Shown one piece after another: positions 19,168-28,598 of a DNA stretch of 64,000 bases. Origin of the DNA: Verrucomicrobiota bacterium. Lineage in GTDB: Bacteria > Verrucomicrobiota > Verrucomicrobiia > Opitutales > Cerasicoccaceae. Every line of letters starts with the position of its first letter. The first letter of the stretch is position 1. Below the pieces are notes generated by a model. It ran no database searches and was not told the DNA's origin. It worked only from the letters and a program-made list of their open reading frames with translations. The translations under genes and the position numbers were made by a program. The DNA is taken from assembly GCA_039818205.1 (NCBI GenBank), contig JBCBUK010000013.1:32001-96000 (forward strand). The letters are read 5' to 3'.

Positions 19168-20004
19168 ATGAAATTCCTGAAAGTTGCAACCCTAGCAGCG
19201 GTTACCGCGCTGTTCCTTTCTAATGCCGCTCAAGCTCAAGAAAAGGTCGGCATCATCAAGGCATTCCTCGTTAAGGGAAATGTCTCCTTGGTTAACAACG
19301 CCACTGGCGCAACCGAGCCACTCTCTCGCGGTCGGGAATTTAACCAAGGCTACACCGTCGTCACCGGCTCGGACTCCACCGCACTCCTTTTGTTCTCCAA
19401 TGGCGCATCGATTAACGTTTCGCCTGACTCCAAACTCAACGTTACCGAGTTTGAACAAGCGGCTTACGATCCAGAGCTTGGCAGCTTCCTCCGCCTGAAG
19501 GCTGACCCAAGTGTCTCGAAGACCGTCACCAATCTCGAATACGGTGAAGTCATCGGTGAGGTTCGCAAGCTCTCCGCTGGTTCTTCTTACACGGTCAACA
19601 CTCCAGTTGCATCCGCAGGTATCCGCGGAACCGTTTGGGTCGTGAGCTTCAACCCAACCACCGGTCGTTTCGAAACCACCAATGTAACCGGTGATGTGTT
19701 TGTGACGCTTTCATCCGGTCAAGTTATTCCAGTTCCCGCGGAGCAGACCTACGTTTTGGTCAATTTCAATGGCGCTCTTGAAAGTGCAAATCCGGCAGCG
19801 CTCGCCAGAGCCCGTCAGTTCTTGCGCATTGTTGAGTTCTTCAACCGCAACGTTCCTTCGATCCCACCAATCATTGTTGACCCGAACACCGCGGTCATCA
19901 CTCAGGACACCGGTGAAGTTCCTTCGGAGAACATCCCAGTCCCTAGCGTAGGTAACGGACCGACTCCGACTACTACGCCTACGTCAACCGATGACGTTGA
20001 GTAA
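19168..20004 (+). CDS. secreted FecR-domain protein
   Basis: Signal peptide; VVTGSDSTALLLFSNGA, YTVNTPVASAGIRGT; Pro/Thr-rich tail. Confidence 0.8.
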   Translation: MKFLKVATLAAVTALFLSNAAQAQEKVGIIKAFLVKGNVSLVNNATGATEPLSRGREFNQGYTVVTGSDSTALLLFSNGASINVSPDSKLNVTEFEQAAYDPELGSFLRLKADPSVSKTVTNLEYGEVIGEVRKLSAGSSYTVNTPVASAGIRGTVWVVSFNPTTGRFETTNVTGDVFVTLSSGQVIPVPAEQTYVLVNFNGALESANPAALARARQFLRIVEFFNRNVPSIPPIIVDPNTAVITQDTGEVPSENIPVPSVGNGPTPTTTPTSTDDVE

Positions 20005-20026
20005 ATTCGGATCGTAAAGTTTTTCG

Positions 20027-20054
20027 AAAACCCCGGATACGTCCGGGGTTTTTT
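20027..20054 (+). terminator. rho-independent terminator
   Basis: AAAACCCCGGA-TACG-TCCGGGGTTTTTT. Confidence 0.85.
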
Positions 20055-20111
20055 GTTGGCAGATGCTTTGCGCGAGTTGACAGATGAACGTTTCCGCAGA
20101 TGCTTCTTCTC

Positions 20112-20675
20112 ATGTCTGAGCCTGAAGCGCCGTTTTTAATCATCAGTTCCAGCCTTAACCCGAGTAGCCGTAGCCGGATCCTTGCGAATGCGGTTCGCCA
20201 TGACCTGGAAAGCGCAGGGGAGCCGGTTGACTGGGTTGATTTGGCGGAAGTCGAGCTTCCGCTTTGTGATGGCGGTGCAGCCTATGGACACGAAAACGTG
20301 TCAATACTGACCGAGCGGATCCTGGCTGCGCGGGGGATATTGGTGGCGACCCCAATTTACAATTACACCATCAATGCGGCCTTGAAAAATCTGATTGAGC
20401 TAACGGGGCGAAATTGGACCGGCAAAGTCGTCGGTTTCGCCTGTGCGGCCGGGGGCCAAAGTAGCTACATGGCCGTCCTGCCGGTCGCAAATAGTCTGAT
20501 GGTGGATTTCCGTTGTGTCATCATTCCACGATTTGTTTACGCGACGGGACAGCATTTTGAAGGTCCCGAGATTTCAGACTCCGATTTGCGCGCGCGGGTG
20601 AGCCGTCTCAGTAGTGACCTGGTTCAATTTAGCAATGCGCTGTTTGGCCTGACCGAGCAGGCGCCGGTGGAATAG
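20112..20675 (+). CDS. NADPH-dependent FMN reductase
   Basis: SSSLNPSSRS, ATPIYNY, ALKNLIE. Confidence 0.88.
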   Translation: MSEPEAPFLIISSSLNPSSRSRILANAVRHDLESAGEPVDWVDLAEVELPLCDGGAAYGHENVSILTERILAARGILVATPIYNYTINAALKNLIELTGRNWTGKVVGFACAAGGQSSYMAVLPVANSLMVDFRCVIIPRFVYATGQHFEGPEISDSDLRARVSRLSSDLVQFSNALFGLTEQAPVE

Positions 20676-20751
20676 CCCACGCACGCCTGCCCGTTGGCCT
20701 TTCCGGGCCAGTCAATCTGACGAGAAAGCGTGGGGGTGTCGACGCTTGCTC

Positions 20752-21111
20752 CTAGTCTTTTTTCTGAAGGAGGAGTAGCTCCACACGCTTTACTTCGACG
20801 AGGATGCGGTTGGTGTGCATTTCCATCCAAAAGAATACCTTGAGGAAGGCGTTGAGGGCCATGCCGATGACAGCGAGGCCGGCCCAGAGGATCTGGCTAT
20901 GGACGGTCTCTGCGTGGAAGCATTCGATGGCTCCCCAAAGGAAGAGCGCAAAGCCGGTGATTCCATAGAGAAGGCCGACAACATTCACCCATTTGCGCCG
21001 TCCCCGGAACGGGGCAATGGCTTCTTGCATGAGTGAGGGTTGAGCAAACAATTCTTGGCTCTCGTGGGACTCTTTGAGTGCCTGTTGGATTTTTTCGTCG
21101 ATGCTATTCAT
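20752..21111 (-). CDS. two-TM membrane protein coupled to the ECF sigma factor (putative anti-sigma)
   Basis: Overlaps the sigma-factor stop; FWMEMHTNRILVEVKRVEL motif. Confidence 0.7.
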   Translation of the reverse strand: MNSIDEKIQQALKESHESQELFAQPSLMQEAIAPFRGRRKWVNVVGLLYGITGFALFLWGAIECFHAETVHSQILWAGLAVIGMALNAFLKVFFWMEMHTNRILVEVKRVELLLLQKKD

Positions 21112-21658
21112 TTTGATGCCTTTCTAGATAGTATTTTAGATTTTTTCGGACGGTGAATAGGCGGGATTTAACGGTTCCAGCGGGGATGTTGATTATCTTG
21201 CTGATCTCTTTAATCGTTAATCCGGCCTCGTAAAAAAGTTGGAGTAGCTGCTGATCGCTGGCAGGAAGGGATTGGATGGCTTCGCTGAGGCTGTTCGCTT
21301 GTTCGCTGATCTCCGGGGCATGCTCAGCCGTGAATTCAAGCTCAAGAGAAATTGCATTCGCCTTTGTGCGTTCGCGCTGTTGTTGCCGAATCCAGTCAAT
21401 GGAGCGCCGTCGCACGATGGAAAACGCCCACGCCGGGAAACTGCCTGGCTCCTTTAGGCGATGCAAACTGCGCGCAATGGTGAGCCATGATTCCTGGGTC
21501 ACTTCGTCGGCGCCGTCGCGATCTTTGACGGAGTACCAAGCCATGCGGAGGACATCGTTCGCCCAAAGCTCGCACAGGTCCGTAAAGGCCCGTTGGTCGC
21601 CGGCTTTGGCCTTGATGACCAACAGTTCGGAGAGAACATCTTTGGAATCCCGATTCAT
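21104..21658 (-). CDS. ECF-type RNA polymerase sigma factor
   Basis: Region 2 ADEVTQESW...FPAWAFSIVRR; region 4 EISKIINIPAGTVKSRL. Confidence 0.93.
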   Translation of the reverse strand: MNRDSKDVLSELLVIKAKAGDQRAFTDLCELWANDVLRMAWYSVKDRDGADEVTQESWLTIARSLHRLKEPGSFPAWAFSIVRRRSIDWIRQQQRERTKANAISLELEFTAEHAPEISEQANSLSEAIQSLPASDQQLLQLFYEAGLTIKEISKIINIPAGTVKSRLFTVRKNLKYYLERHQNE

Positions 21659-21673
21659 GCTTTTACCCTATAA

Positions 21674-21700
21674 GTCGAATGAAACCATGAACGGGTTCAT
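21674..21700 (-). promoter_or_regulatory. putative autoregulatory ECF promoter
   Basis: Minus strand TGAAC-N17-CGAC; the -35 lies inside the palindrome ATGAAC-GG-GTTCAT. Confidence 0.4.
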
Positions 21701-21802
21701 TTTTTCTCAAGGGCGGTATTGATCGCTAGGATGATGGCTCGGTGACACAGCCGCCAGGGAAATACCGCTTGCGGTATCCTGACAAATGAAAAGAATGACC
21801 GG

Positions 21803-22630
21803 ATGCTTTGGGCCACACTATTGCGTTGTTTGTTCCTGATGGTTTTTATCTGTGGAATGCCACTTGGGGTGAATGCTCAGGAAACCGAGATTCAGCAACC
21901 CACGTTTCAACGTCCACTTCCGAAATTTTTGCCTAAAGGCGAGCTGCGGGTTGGAATCAATCCGGAGCAGCCGCCATTGATTTTTATTCAAAACAACCGC
22001 ATCATGGGGCTTGAGGCAGACTTGGCCCGCGCGTTTGCCAAGGACCTTGGCGTGCCGCTTAATTTCGTGGTGATGGAGTTCGAGGAGCTCATTCCAGCGT
22101 TGGTCGCCGGGAAGATCGACATCATTATGTCGGGGATGTCCGAGACCGAAGTGCGTTCCATCAAAATCAATTTTGCCACGCCCTACTTGGCAACCGGGCA
22201 GATGCCCCTGGTCCGCGCAAGCGACCTAACCCGTTACCCGACAACCATGGCACTGCTCAATACACAGGTGCGAGTCGGTGTCGAAGAGGGGACGACTGGA
22301 GATTTCTACGTGCGAGAAAATTTTCGCTATTGTGAACGGATCCCTTTCAAAGATATCCAGGCGGCCTCGGATGCCTTGGCAGCCGAACGTCTTGGAATGG
22401 TGATTGCGGATGCTCCGACGGTTTGGTGGCTCGCCGCGGAGCGCGAGGCAGCCGGCCTCGCACCAGTCCGTGCTTTACTGTCGCGAGAACTCATTAGCTG
22501 GGGCATCAGCAAAACCAATCCGGATCTCCAGATGGCGGCGGATTCGTTTTTGGTCCACCTTCAAGGGAGCGGCCAGCTTGACCAGATGATCGGTCGCTGG
22601 TTGCCTTACTTGGAGGCGATGAAGCGATAG
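21803..22630 (+). CDS. extracellular solute-binding protein, family 3
   Basis: LRVGINPEQPP, GLEADLA, LIPALVAGKIDIIMSGMS, GVEEGTTG. Confidence 0.88.
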   Translation: MLWATLLRCLFLMVFICGMPLGVNAQETEIQQPTFQRPLPKFLPKGELRVGINPEQPPLIFIQNNRIMGLEADLARAFAKDLGVPLNFVVMEFEELIPALVAGKIDIIMSGMSETEVRSIKINFATPYLATGQMPLVRASDLTRYPTTMALLNTQVRVGVEEGTTGDFYVRENFRYCERIPFKDIQAASDALAAERLGMVIADAPTVWWLAAEREAAGLAPVRALLSRELISWGISKTNPDLQMAADSFLVHLQGSGQLDQMIGRWLPYLEAMKR

Positions 22631-22638
22631 TCCGCGGG

Positions 22639-25600
22639 TTACTTCTTGCGGTCCCACTTCGGACGAGGCGGATCGGCGAGGGCGCTGGCTTTACCGTGGA
22701 CGTGTCGGACTCCCGGTTTCGCCCGCAAGTTCTTGAACGCATCGGGACGAATCTGGCAATTGAGTGAGTTTGCCAGGTCGGCATGGAATGCGCGGTTGGG
22801 TGCTGTTAGGATGGCGAGCTTCACGCTGGTTGGGCCCTCATTATCCTGGAGATACTCCGACAGGTCTTGAGCGAAATTGTCGAGGCACTGCGGATCGTTA
22901 TCCACATAGAACGTAACCGACTCAATGAAGGCCGATAGGGTTGACTCAAGCCGAGCAATTCGGCTGCCATTCAGGCGGACCTCTTCGCGATCGCTGTCGT
23001 ATCGGATTTCTCCCTCCACGCATACGACTGCTCCGTTTTCAAGGTGCTGCATGTTTTGCTCGTAGGCATCCGGGAAGATATTGATCTGGTAGGCCGCACG
23101 TCGTGTTGAAAGCGTAAAGAACGCCCATGGTCGGTTGTCCTTCTTCGTGAGCTTCTTGGCAATGTTGTTAATCACGCCGCAGAGCCGGAAACTTTCGCGG
23201 TCCCATTGCTTGAGATCTTCATCCGGGCCAAAGCTATTGATGATATCGTCCAGTCCCGCGTAGGCATTCATCGGATGTCCGGAAACGTAGAAGCCCAGCA
23301 ATTCCTTTTCGGCCTGGAGCTTGTCGGTTTGCGTCATCTTTGGGCCGCGCGTGTTGTAGTGGTTGACGGAATCGGTGCTGGTTGTTTCCGCTTCAGGGGC
23401 GCCGAGTAGGTCGAACAGATTCGCTTGGCCCGACTCCCGGTCTTTTTGTAAGTCGGCGACCTCTGCCAGAATTCCTTCCAATGACTCGAGTAAGTGTTGG
23501 CGGTCGATCTTCGAGTAGTCGAAGGCTCCGGTTTTGATCAAGCATTCGACCACGCGTCGGTTGACCGCCTTGAGATCGACGCGTGAGGCGAAGTCATGAA
23601 AGTCTTCGAAGGGGCCGTTGGCATCGCGATCGGCTAAGATGACTTTCGCTGCCGCATCGCCAACGCCCTTGATCGCGGACATCCCAAAGCGAATGCGCCC
23701 GGTTTGGTCGTCGTCGGCTTTTTGTGTTTGTTCGCCCTGGACCGGCGTAAACATCTCGCGCGATTCATTGATGTCTGGCCCCAGGACTTCGATCTTCATG
23801 CTTTCAGCCTCTTCAATGAAATGAGAGACTTTGTCGGCATTCCCGAGCTCCGATGACAAGACCGCCGCCATGAACTCCGTGGGGAAATTGGCTTTCAGGT
23901 AAGCCGTCCGGTAGGACAACATCGCATAGGCGGCCGAGTGCGATTTGTTGAAGCCATATTGCGCAAATTTCTCGAGAATCCCAAAGATCTCTTTGGCTTG
24001 AGACGCGGAGATGTTGTTGTGCTCTTTGGCACCGTTGATGAAAATCTCCTTCTGGGCATCCATCACCGATTTGATCTTTTTGCCCATCGCACGACGCAAA
24101 ATATCCGCACCACCCAGCGTGTAGCCCGCGATAATCTGAGCGCTCTGCATCACCTGCTCTTGGTAGACCAACACACCATAGGTTTCTTCGACGAGCTCCT
24201 TGAGCAGCGGGTGTGGGACCTCGATCGTAGTCCGGTCCTTCTTACCGCGAATATACTGCGGGATGAACTGCATGGGGCCTGGTCGATACAAGGCGATGAG
24301 CGCCACAATCTCGTCGATGGACGAAACCTCGAGCTGACGGCACAACCCTTGCATACCACCGGACTCGAGCTGGAACACGCCGACCGTTTTCGCATTCTTC
24401 AGGAGCTGAAACGTTGCGGGGTCTTCCAGGCTGACCTTTTCAATATCGAATTCCTCGTTGCCAGGTAAGCGACGCACGTTGTCCTGTGCATCGGAAATCA
24501 CCGTCAACGTTTTCAAGCCAAGGAAGTCACACTTAAGTAGCCCAAGGTCCTCACTCGGCCCTTTGGGGTATTGAGTCGTGAGATCGCCTTCCTGCAGCGT
24601 AACCGGAATCAAATTGGTAATCGGCTGGTCCGCGATGATGACCCCGCAAGCATGCTTGCCGGTATTACGCACCATGCCTTCGATGACCTTCCCTTGTTCG
24701 ATGATCTTTTTGGCCACTGGGTTGATCTTCATCTCCGAGCGCAGTTCAGCCGATTTCTCGACCGCATCGTCCAGCGAGATGTTCAATTCATCAGGAACCA
24801 TCTTTGCAATCTTGTCGGCATCGCCGAATGGAATGTCGTTCACACGGGCCAAATCGCGAACAATCATTTTTGCACCAAAGGTACCAAAAGTAATGATGTT
24901 GGCCACACGGTCTTTCCCATACTTATCGCGGACGTAGTTTACCACGTCATCGCGGCGTCGCATGCAGAAGTCGACATCGAAGTCAGGCGGGCTTACCCGC
25001 TCAAGGTTTAGCATCCGTTCGAAGAGCAGCCCGAAGCGGAATGGGTCGATGTCAGTGATCTTCAAGACATAGGCGACCACACAACCAGCGCCGGATCCAC
25101 GTCCTGGACCAACCGGGATGCCGCGGTCCCGTGCCCACTTAATAAAGTCCCAAACGATGAGGAAGTAGTCGATGAATCCGGTGCCAATGATGATCGCAAG
25201 CTCGTAGTCGAGTTGCTCGCACACTTTGTTCTGGTAGGCGCCGTCCGCTGACTCCAAGTCTATCTCGCCGGCTACCAGCGCTCTGCGGAACGCATCGTAG
25301 TCGACATCGTAGCGTTCCTTTACGCCGTCTTTGCAGAGCTCAAAGAGGTAGAGCCCATTCTTACGGAATACAGCACGTTGGTCTTGCGAGAGTTCAATGG
25401 GCTCCTTGCCGTCACGCGTGAGGACGGCGTTTTTACTTTCAACGTAAATGTCGAGAATGCGGTCGAAATTCGCGATATCCTCATTGTAGGTGATCTCGAT
25501 TGGGCGCTCGTAAACGGGGTAGTGGTCCTCGCCGAACGGGAGTTTCACCTCGCACATCTCCGCAACGGCATTGGTGTTGATCAGCGCGTTTGGATCGTAT

Positions 25601-26385
25601 CGATCAAAGACCTGAGCCATCTCTTCGCGGCTCTTCAGGAAAAACTGTTGGCTGTCGTAGCGCATACGTTTTTCCTCATGCAGTTTTGCTCCCGTCTGGA
25701 TACAGATGAGGGAGTCGTGCGGCGCCCAGTCACCCGAGTTGACGTAGTGGACGTCGTTGGTGGCCACGACCTTCAAATCAAACTCTGCGGCAAGCTTCAA
25801 TAGATCGGGGATGATGCGTTGTTGCTCCTCGATCCCGTGATCCATGATCTCAATGAAAAAGAACTCCTTGCCAAAGAGGTCAACGAACCAACCACAGGCG
25901 TCTTTTGCAGCCGCGTAGTCGCCCTTCATCAGGTTTTGCGGAATCACCGCTGCCAAGCAGCCCGAAAAACCAATTAGTCCTTCGGAGTGTTCGGCGAGCT
26001 GGCGGCGAGACACTCGCGGGTTGCGATAAAAGCCTTCCGTGTGTCCAAGGCTCACCAACTTGGTCAGGTTTTGGTAACCCTTGAAGTTCCGGGCGAGCAG
26101 ACCCATGTGGTAGCTTTTCTGCTTGGCCCGCTCTTCATTGACGGTGCCGAGCTCATCTTCAAAAACCATATAGATTTCGCAGCCGAGGAGTGGCTTCACG
26201 CCCGCTTTGTCCGCCTTCTTGTAAAAGTCTGCCAGGCCAAACAGCACACCGTGGTCGGTGATCGCGATTGCCTTCTGGCCCAGTTGCGCCGCCTTCTCAC
26301 AGAGCCGGTCCGTGCGGCTACAGCCGTCGAGCAGGCTGTAGTCGGTATGAACATGTAAGTGGACGAACTCGGGGTCTTTGGACAT
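22639..26385 (-). CDS. dnaE: DNA polymerase III alpha subunit
   Basis: [43 protein letters not shown] fold. Confidence 0.98.
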   Translation of the reverse strand: MSKDPEFVHLHVHTDYSLLDGCSRTDRLCEKAAQLGQKAIAITDHGVLFGLADFYKKADKAGVKPLLGCEIYMVFEDELGTVNEERAKQKSYHMGLLARNFKGYQNLTKLVSLGHTEGFYRNPRVSRRQLAEHSEGLIGFSGCLAAVIPQNLMKGDYAAAKDACGWFVDLFGKEFFFIEIMDHGIEEQQRIIPDLLKLAAEFDLKVVATNDVHYVNSGDWAPHDSLICIQTGAKLHEEKRMRYDSQQFFLKSREEMAQVFDRYDPNALINTNAVAEMCEVKLPFGEDHYPVYERPIEITYNEDIANFDRILDIYVESKNAVLTRDGKEPIELSQDQRAVFRKNGLYLFELCKDGVKERYDVDYDAFRRALVAGEIDLESADGAYQNKVCEQLDYELAIIIGTGFIDYFLIVWDFIKWARDRGIPVGPGRGSGAGCVVAYVLKITDIDPFRFGLLFERMLNLERVSPPDFDVDFCMRRRDDVVNYVRDKYGKDRVANIITFGTFGAKMIVRDLARVNDIPFGDADKIAKMVPDELNISLDDAVEKSAELRSEMKINPVAKKIIEQGKVIEGMVRNTGKHACGVIIADQPITNLIPVTLQEGDLTTQYPKGPSEDLGLLKCDFLGLKTLTVISDAQDNVRRLPGNEEFDIEKVSLEDPATFQLLKNAKTVGVFQLESGGMQGLCRQLEVSSIDEIVALIALYRPGPMQFIPQYIRGKKDRTTIEVPHPLLKELVEETYGVLVYQEQVMQSAQIIAGYTLGGADILRRAMGKKIKSVMDAQKEIFINGAKEHNNISASQAKEIFGILEKFAQYGFNKSHSAAYAMLSYRTAYLKANFPTEFMAAVLSSELGNADKVSHFIEEAESMKIEVLGPDINESREMFTPVQGEQTQKADDDQTGRIRFGMSAIKGVGDAAAKVILADRDANGPFEDFHDFASRVDLKAVNRRVVECLIKTGAFDYSKIDRQHLLESLEGILAEVADLQKDRESGQANLFDLLGAPEAETTSTDSVNHYNTRGPKMTQTDKLQAEKELLGFYVSGHPMNAYAGLDDIINSFGPDEDLKQWDRESFRLCGVINNIAKKLTKKDNRPWAFFTLSTRRAAYQINIFPDAYEQNMQHLENGAVVCVEGEIRYDSDREEVRLNGSRIARLESTLSAFIESVTFYVDNDPQCLDNFAQDLSEYLQDNEGPTSVKLAILTAPNRAFHADLANSLNCQIRPDAFKNLRAKPGVRHVHGKASALADPPRPKWDRKK

Positions 26386-26444
26386 AGATCAACCGACAGA
26401 TTGAGTGAGCTTATCCGAACAATCAAGGCGAAGCGCTTCACGGG

Positions 26445-26465
26445 TTATTCACAGGGTTATTCCCA
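26445..26465. promoter_or_regulatory. tandem DnaA boxes upstream of dnaE
   Basis: TTATTCACA (26445-26453, consensus match) and TTATTCCCA (26457-26465, one mismatch). Confidence 0.6.
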
Positions 26466-26511
26466 AGGCATCTGGGTTGCGTTTAAGGCCGAATTTTGAA
26501 TCATGCCCGCC

Positions 26512-27570
26512 ATGAAGATCTTCCAGTGCGACTCGTGTGGCCAACCACTCTTCTTTGAGAATACGAAGTGCGAGAAGTGCAGTAGTTCACTTGGCTACAT
26601 TTGGCGGGTCAATATGCTTAGCGCACTGGTTGAGAAGGGAGACGCTTGGGAGGCTATCGCGAACCCAGAAGCCGAATATCTGTATTGTCCAAACCACGAC
26701 CATGGAGCCTGCAATTGGTTAGTGCCCGCCTCAGCAGCCAATCCCTATTGCCGCTGTTGTGAGCTTAACCGAACGATTCCCAACTTGGAGATTCCCAAGA
26801 ACCTGTATGCTTGGCGAAAGCTTGAATCGGCGAAGCATCGGCTAGTCTATAGCCTTTTGCGCCTCGGGCTTCCCGTCGCTGCTAAGAAGGACGGAGATAA
26901 GGATAGCAAAGGTATCTTGTTCGATTTTCTGGCCGATATCGACGGGGAGGAGCCCGTGCTTACCGGGCACGCCAATGGAGTTATCACGGTAAATGTCGCG
27001 GAGGCCGATTCCGTTCACCGAGAAGCGGCTCGACGCAAAATGGGCGAGCCGTACCGCACTCTGATTGGCCACTTTCGGCATGAAATCGGGCACTACTATT
27101 GGGACGTCCTGGTCCGCGATGACGAGTCGATACTCGATGAATTTCGAGCCTTGTTCGGTGATGAAACTCAGAACTATAGCGACGCCCTGGAACGCCACTA
27201 TGCCGATGGTGCTCCCGACAATTGGCGGGATAATTTTGTTAGCAGCTATGCTTCAAGTCACCCGTGGGAAGATTGGGCGGAGACCTGGGCCCACTATCTG
27301 CATCTCGTTGATACGCTTGAAACCGCCTATTCGTTTGGAATGTCGCTCGATGCCAATTTGAAACCTCCCGCCGAGCTGAAAATGCAGGCGACATTTGATC
27401 CCTACAATCAACCGGACTTAGAACCGATATTGAAGGCTACCCTGCCAATCACCTTTGCGGTCAATAGTTTGAACCGCGGGATGGGCCAGCCCGACCTTTA
27501 TCCGTTTGTATTGCCGGATCCAGTGCTGAAGAAAATGCGCTTCGTGCACCAACTGATCCAGCCCGAATAG
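26512..27570 (+). CDS. putative zinc-binding metallopeptidase with N-terminal zinc ribbon
   Basis: CxxC pairs, PYRTLIGHFRHEIGHYYW (HExxH), HPWEDWAETWAHY. Confidence 0.88.
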   Translation: MKIFQCDSCGQPLFFENTKCEKCSSSLGYIWRVNMLSALVEKGDAWEAIANPEAEYLYCPNHDHGACNWLVPASAANPYCRCCELNRTIPNLEIPKNLYAWRKLESAKHRLVYSLLRLGLPVAAKKDGDKDSKGILFDFLADIDGEEPVLTGHANGVITVNVAEADSVHREAARRKMGEPYRTLIGHFRHEIGHYYWDVLVRDDESILDEFRALFGDETQNYSDALERHYADGAPDNWRDNFVSSYASSHPWEDWAETWAHYLHLVDTLETAYSFGMSLDANLKPPAELKMQATFDPYNQPDLEPILKATLPITFAVNSLNRGMGQPDLYPFVLPDPVLKKMRFVHQLIQPE

Positions 27571-27571
27571 C

Positions 27572-28561
27572 TTAGGCTGGTTGGTTCATTGAGATGCAGT
27601 GCAGAGCACCGCCTTCCTCAAGCAGGAGGCGAGAGTCGATGCCAATGATTTCACGGTCGGGAAAGCATTCGCCGAGTTGTTCCAGGCATCGGTTGTCCTT
27701 AGTGGTCTGGCCAAACGTTGGCACCAATACGGCACCGTTGATGATCACGAAATTGGCGTAACTGGCCGGAAGCTCATTGCCGTCTTTGTCGAGCACGGGA
27801 TCGGGTAGAGGTAACTCCACCAAATCGGGGAAGCGCTTTTTGAGTATCGCCCGGTTGTCAACGAGCTCGGGTACTTGATCACCAACGACACATACGACCC
27901 GATCTTCCGCCACGAAACGTGCGAGATTGTCGATGTGCCCATCGGTATCGTCATTGGGTAGTTCGATGGGTAACCAGATTATTTCGTGAATGCCGAAGAC
28001 CTCCTGAAAAACACGTGCATAGTCTTCCTTACTTGTGCCTGAATTGCGATTCGGGTTAAGCAAAACAGGGTCAGTCGTGATCATCACACCCTGACCGTTC
28101 ACTTCGATGGCGCCGCCCTCCAAAATAAGGCGCTGACTTTCGTGCTTTAGATCCAGGGAATCGGCCACGAGGCGGGGAACACAGTCGTCGAGGTCCCAGG
28201 GTTCAAACTTCCCGCCCCAGGCATTGAAGACCCAATCGGTGACCAGCAAACCAGTGTCCCGGTCGCGGACAAAAATTGGACCGTGGTCGCGACACCAGAC
28301 GTCGTTCGTTGGGTGGTCGTGCAGCTCTATGTTGTCCCACACTGCTTTGGCGTTTATGAGGTGCGAACGTATCGCAACGTGAGCCTCGATATCAGCGTTA
28401 ATGTGGACTGGTTGAAATCGGCTGACGGTCGCCGCGATCGCGGCAAACTTTTCCGCGATCGCTTCCGACTTTCCGGGCCAGATGTGCGACGATACCGGCC
28501 AGGACAACCACAAGGCAGCTTGCGGTTCCCATTCGGCTGGTAGACGTCGCTTCTCAGGCAC
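27572..28561 (-). CDS. aguA: agmatine deiminase family protein
   Basis: LPAEWEP, WCRDHGP, EGGAI, DTDGHID, ASYANF, GGALHCIS. Confidence 0.92.
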   Translation of the reverse strand: MPEKRRLPAEWEPQAALWLSWPVSSHIWPGKSEAIAEKFAAIAATVSRFQPVHINADIEAHVAIRSHLINAKAVWDNIELHDHPTNDVWCRDHGPIFVRDRDTGLLVTDWVFNAWGGKFEPWDLDDCVPRLVADSLDLKHESQRLILEGGAIEVNGQGVMITTDPVLLNPNRNSGTSKEDYARVFQEVFGIHEIIWLPIELPNDDTDGHIDNLARFVAEDRVVCVVGDQVPELVDNRAILKKRFPDLVELPLPDPVLDKDGNELPASYANFVIINGAVLVPTFGQTTKDNRCLEQLGECFPDREIIGIDSRLLLEEGGALHCISMNQPA

Positions 28562-28598
28562 GGATGAAGATTACTCAGAGTCCTTGGACTTCGCCGTC

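Noticed and set aside
20676..20751. ncRNA in the CCCACGC...GCGTGGG imperfect stem
   Set aside because: Short, between convergent genes and adequately explained as a termination structure; no family signature.
25230..25500. Intein in dnaE
   Set aside because: Too short, no N-terminal Cys/Ser block or C-terminal His-Asn, no homing endonuclease motif.
26386..26511. Replication origin
   Set aside because: Only two convincing DnaA boxes, no AT-rich unwinding element and no dnaA/dnaN nearby.
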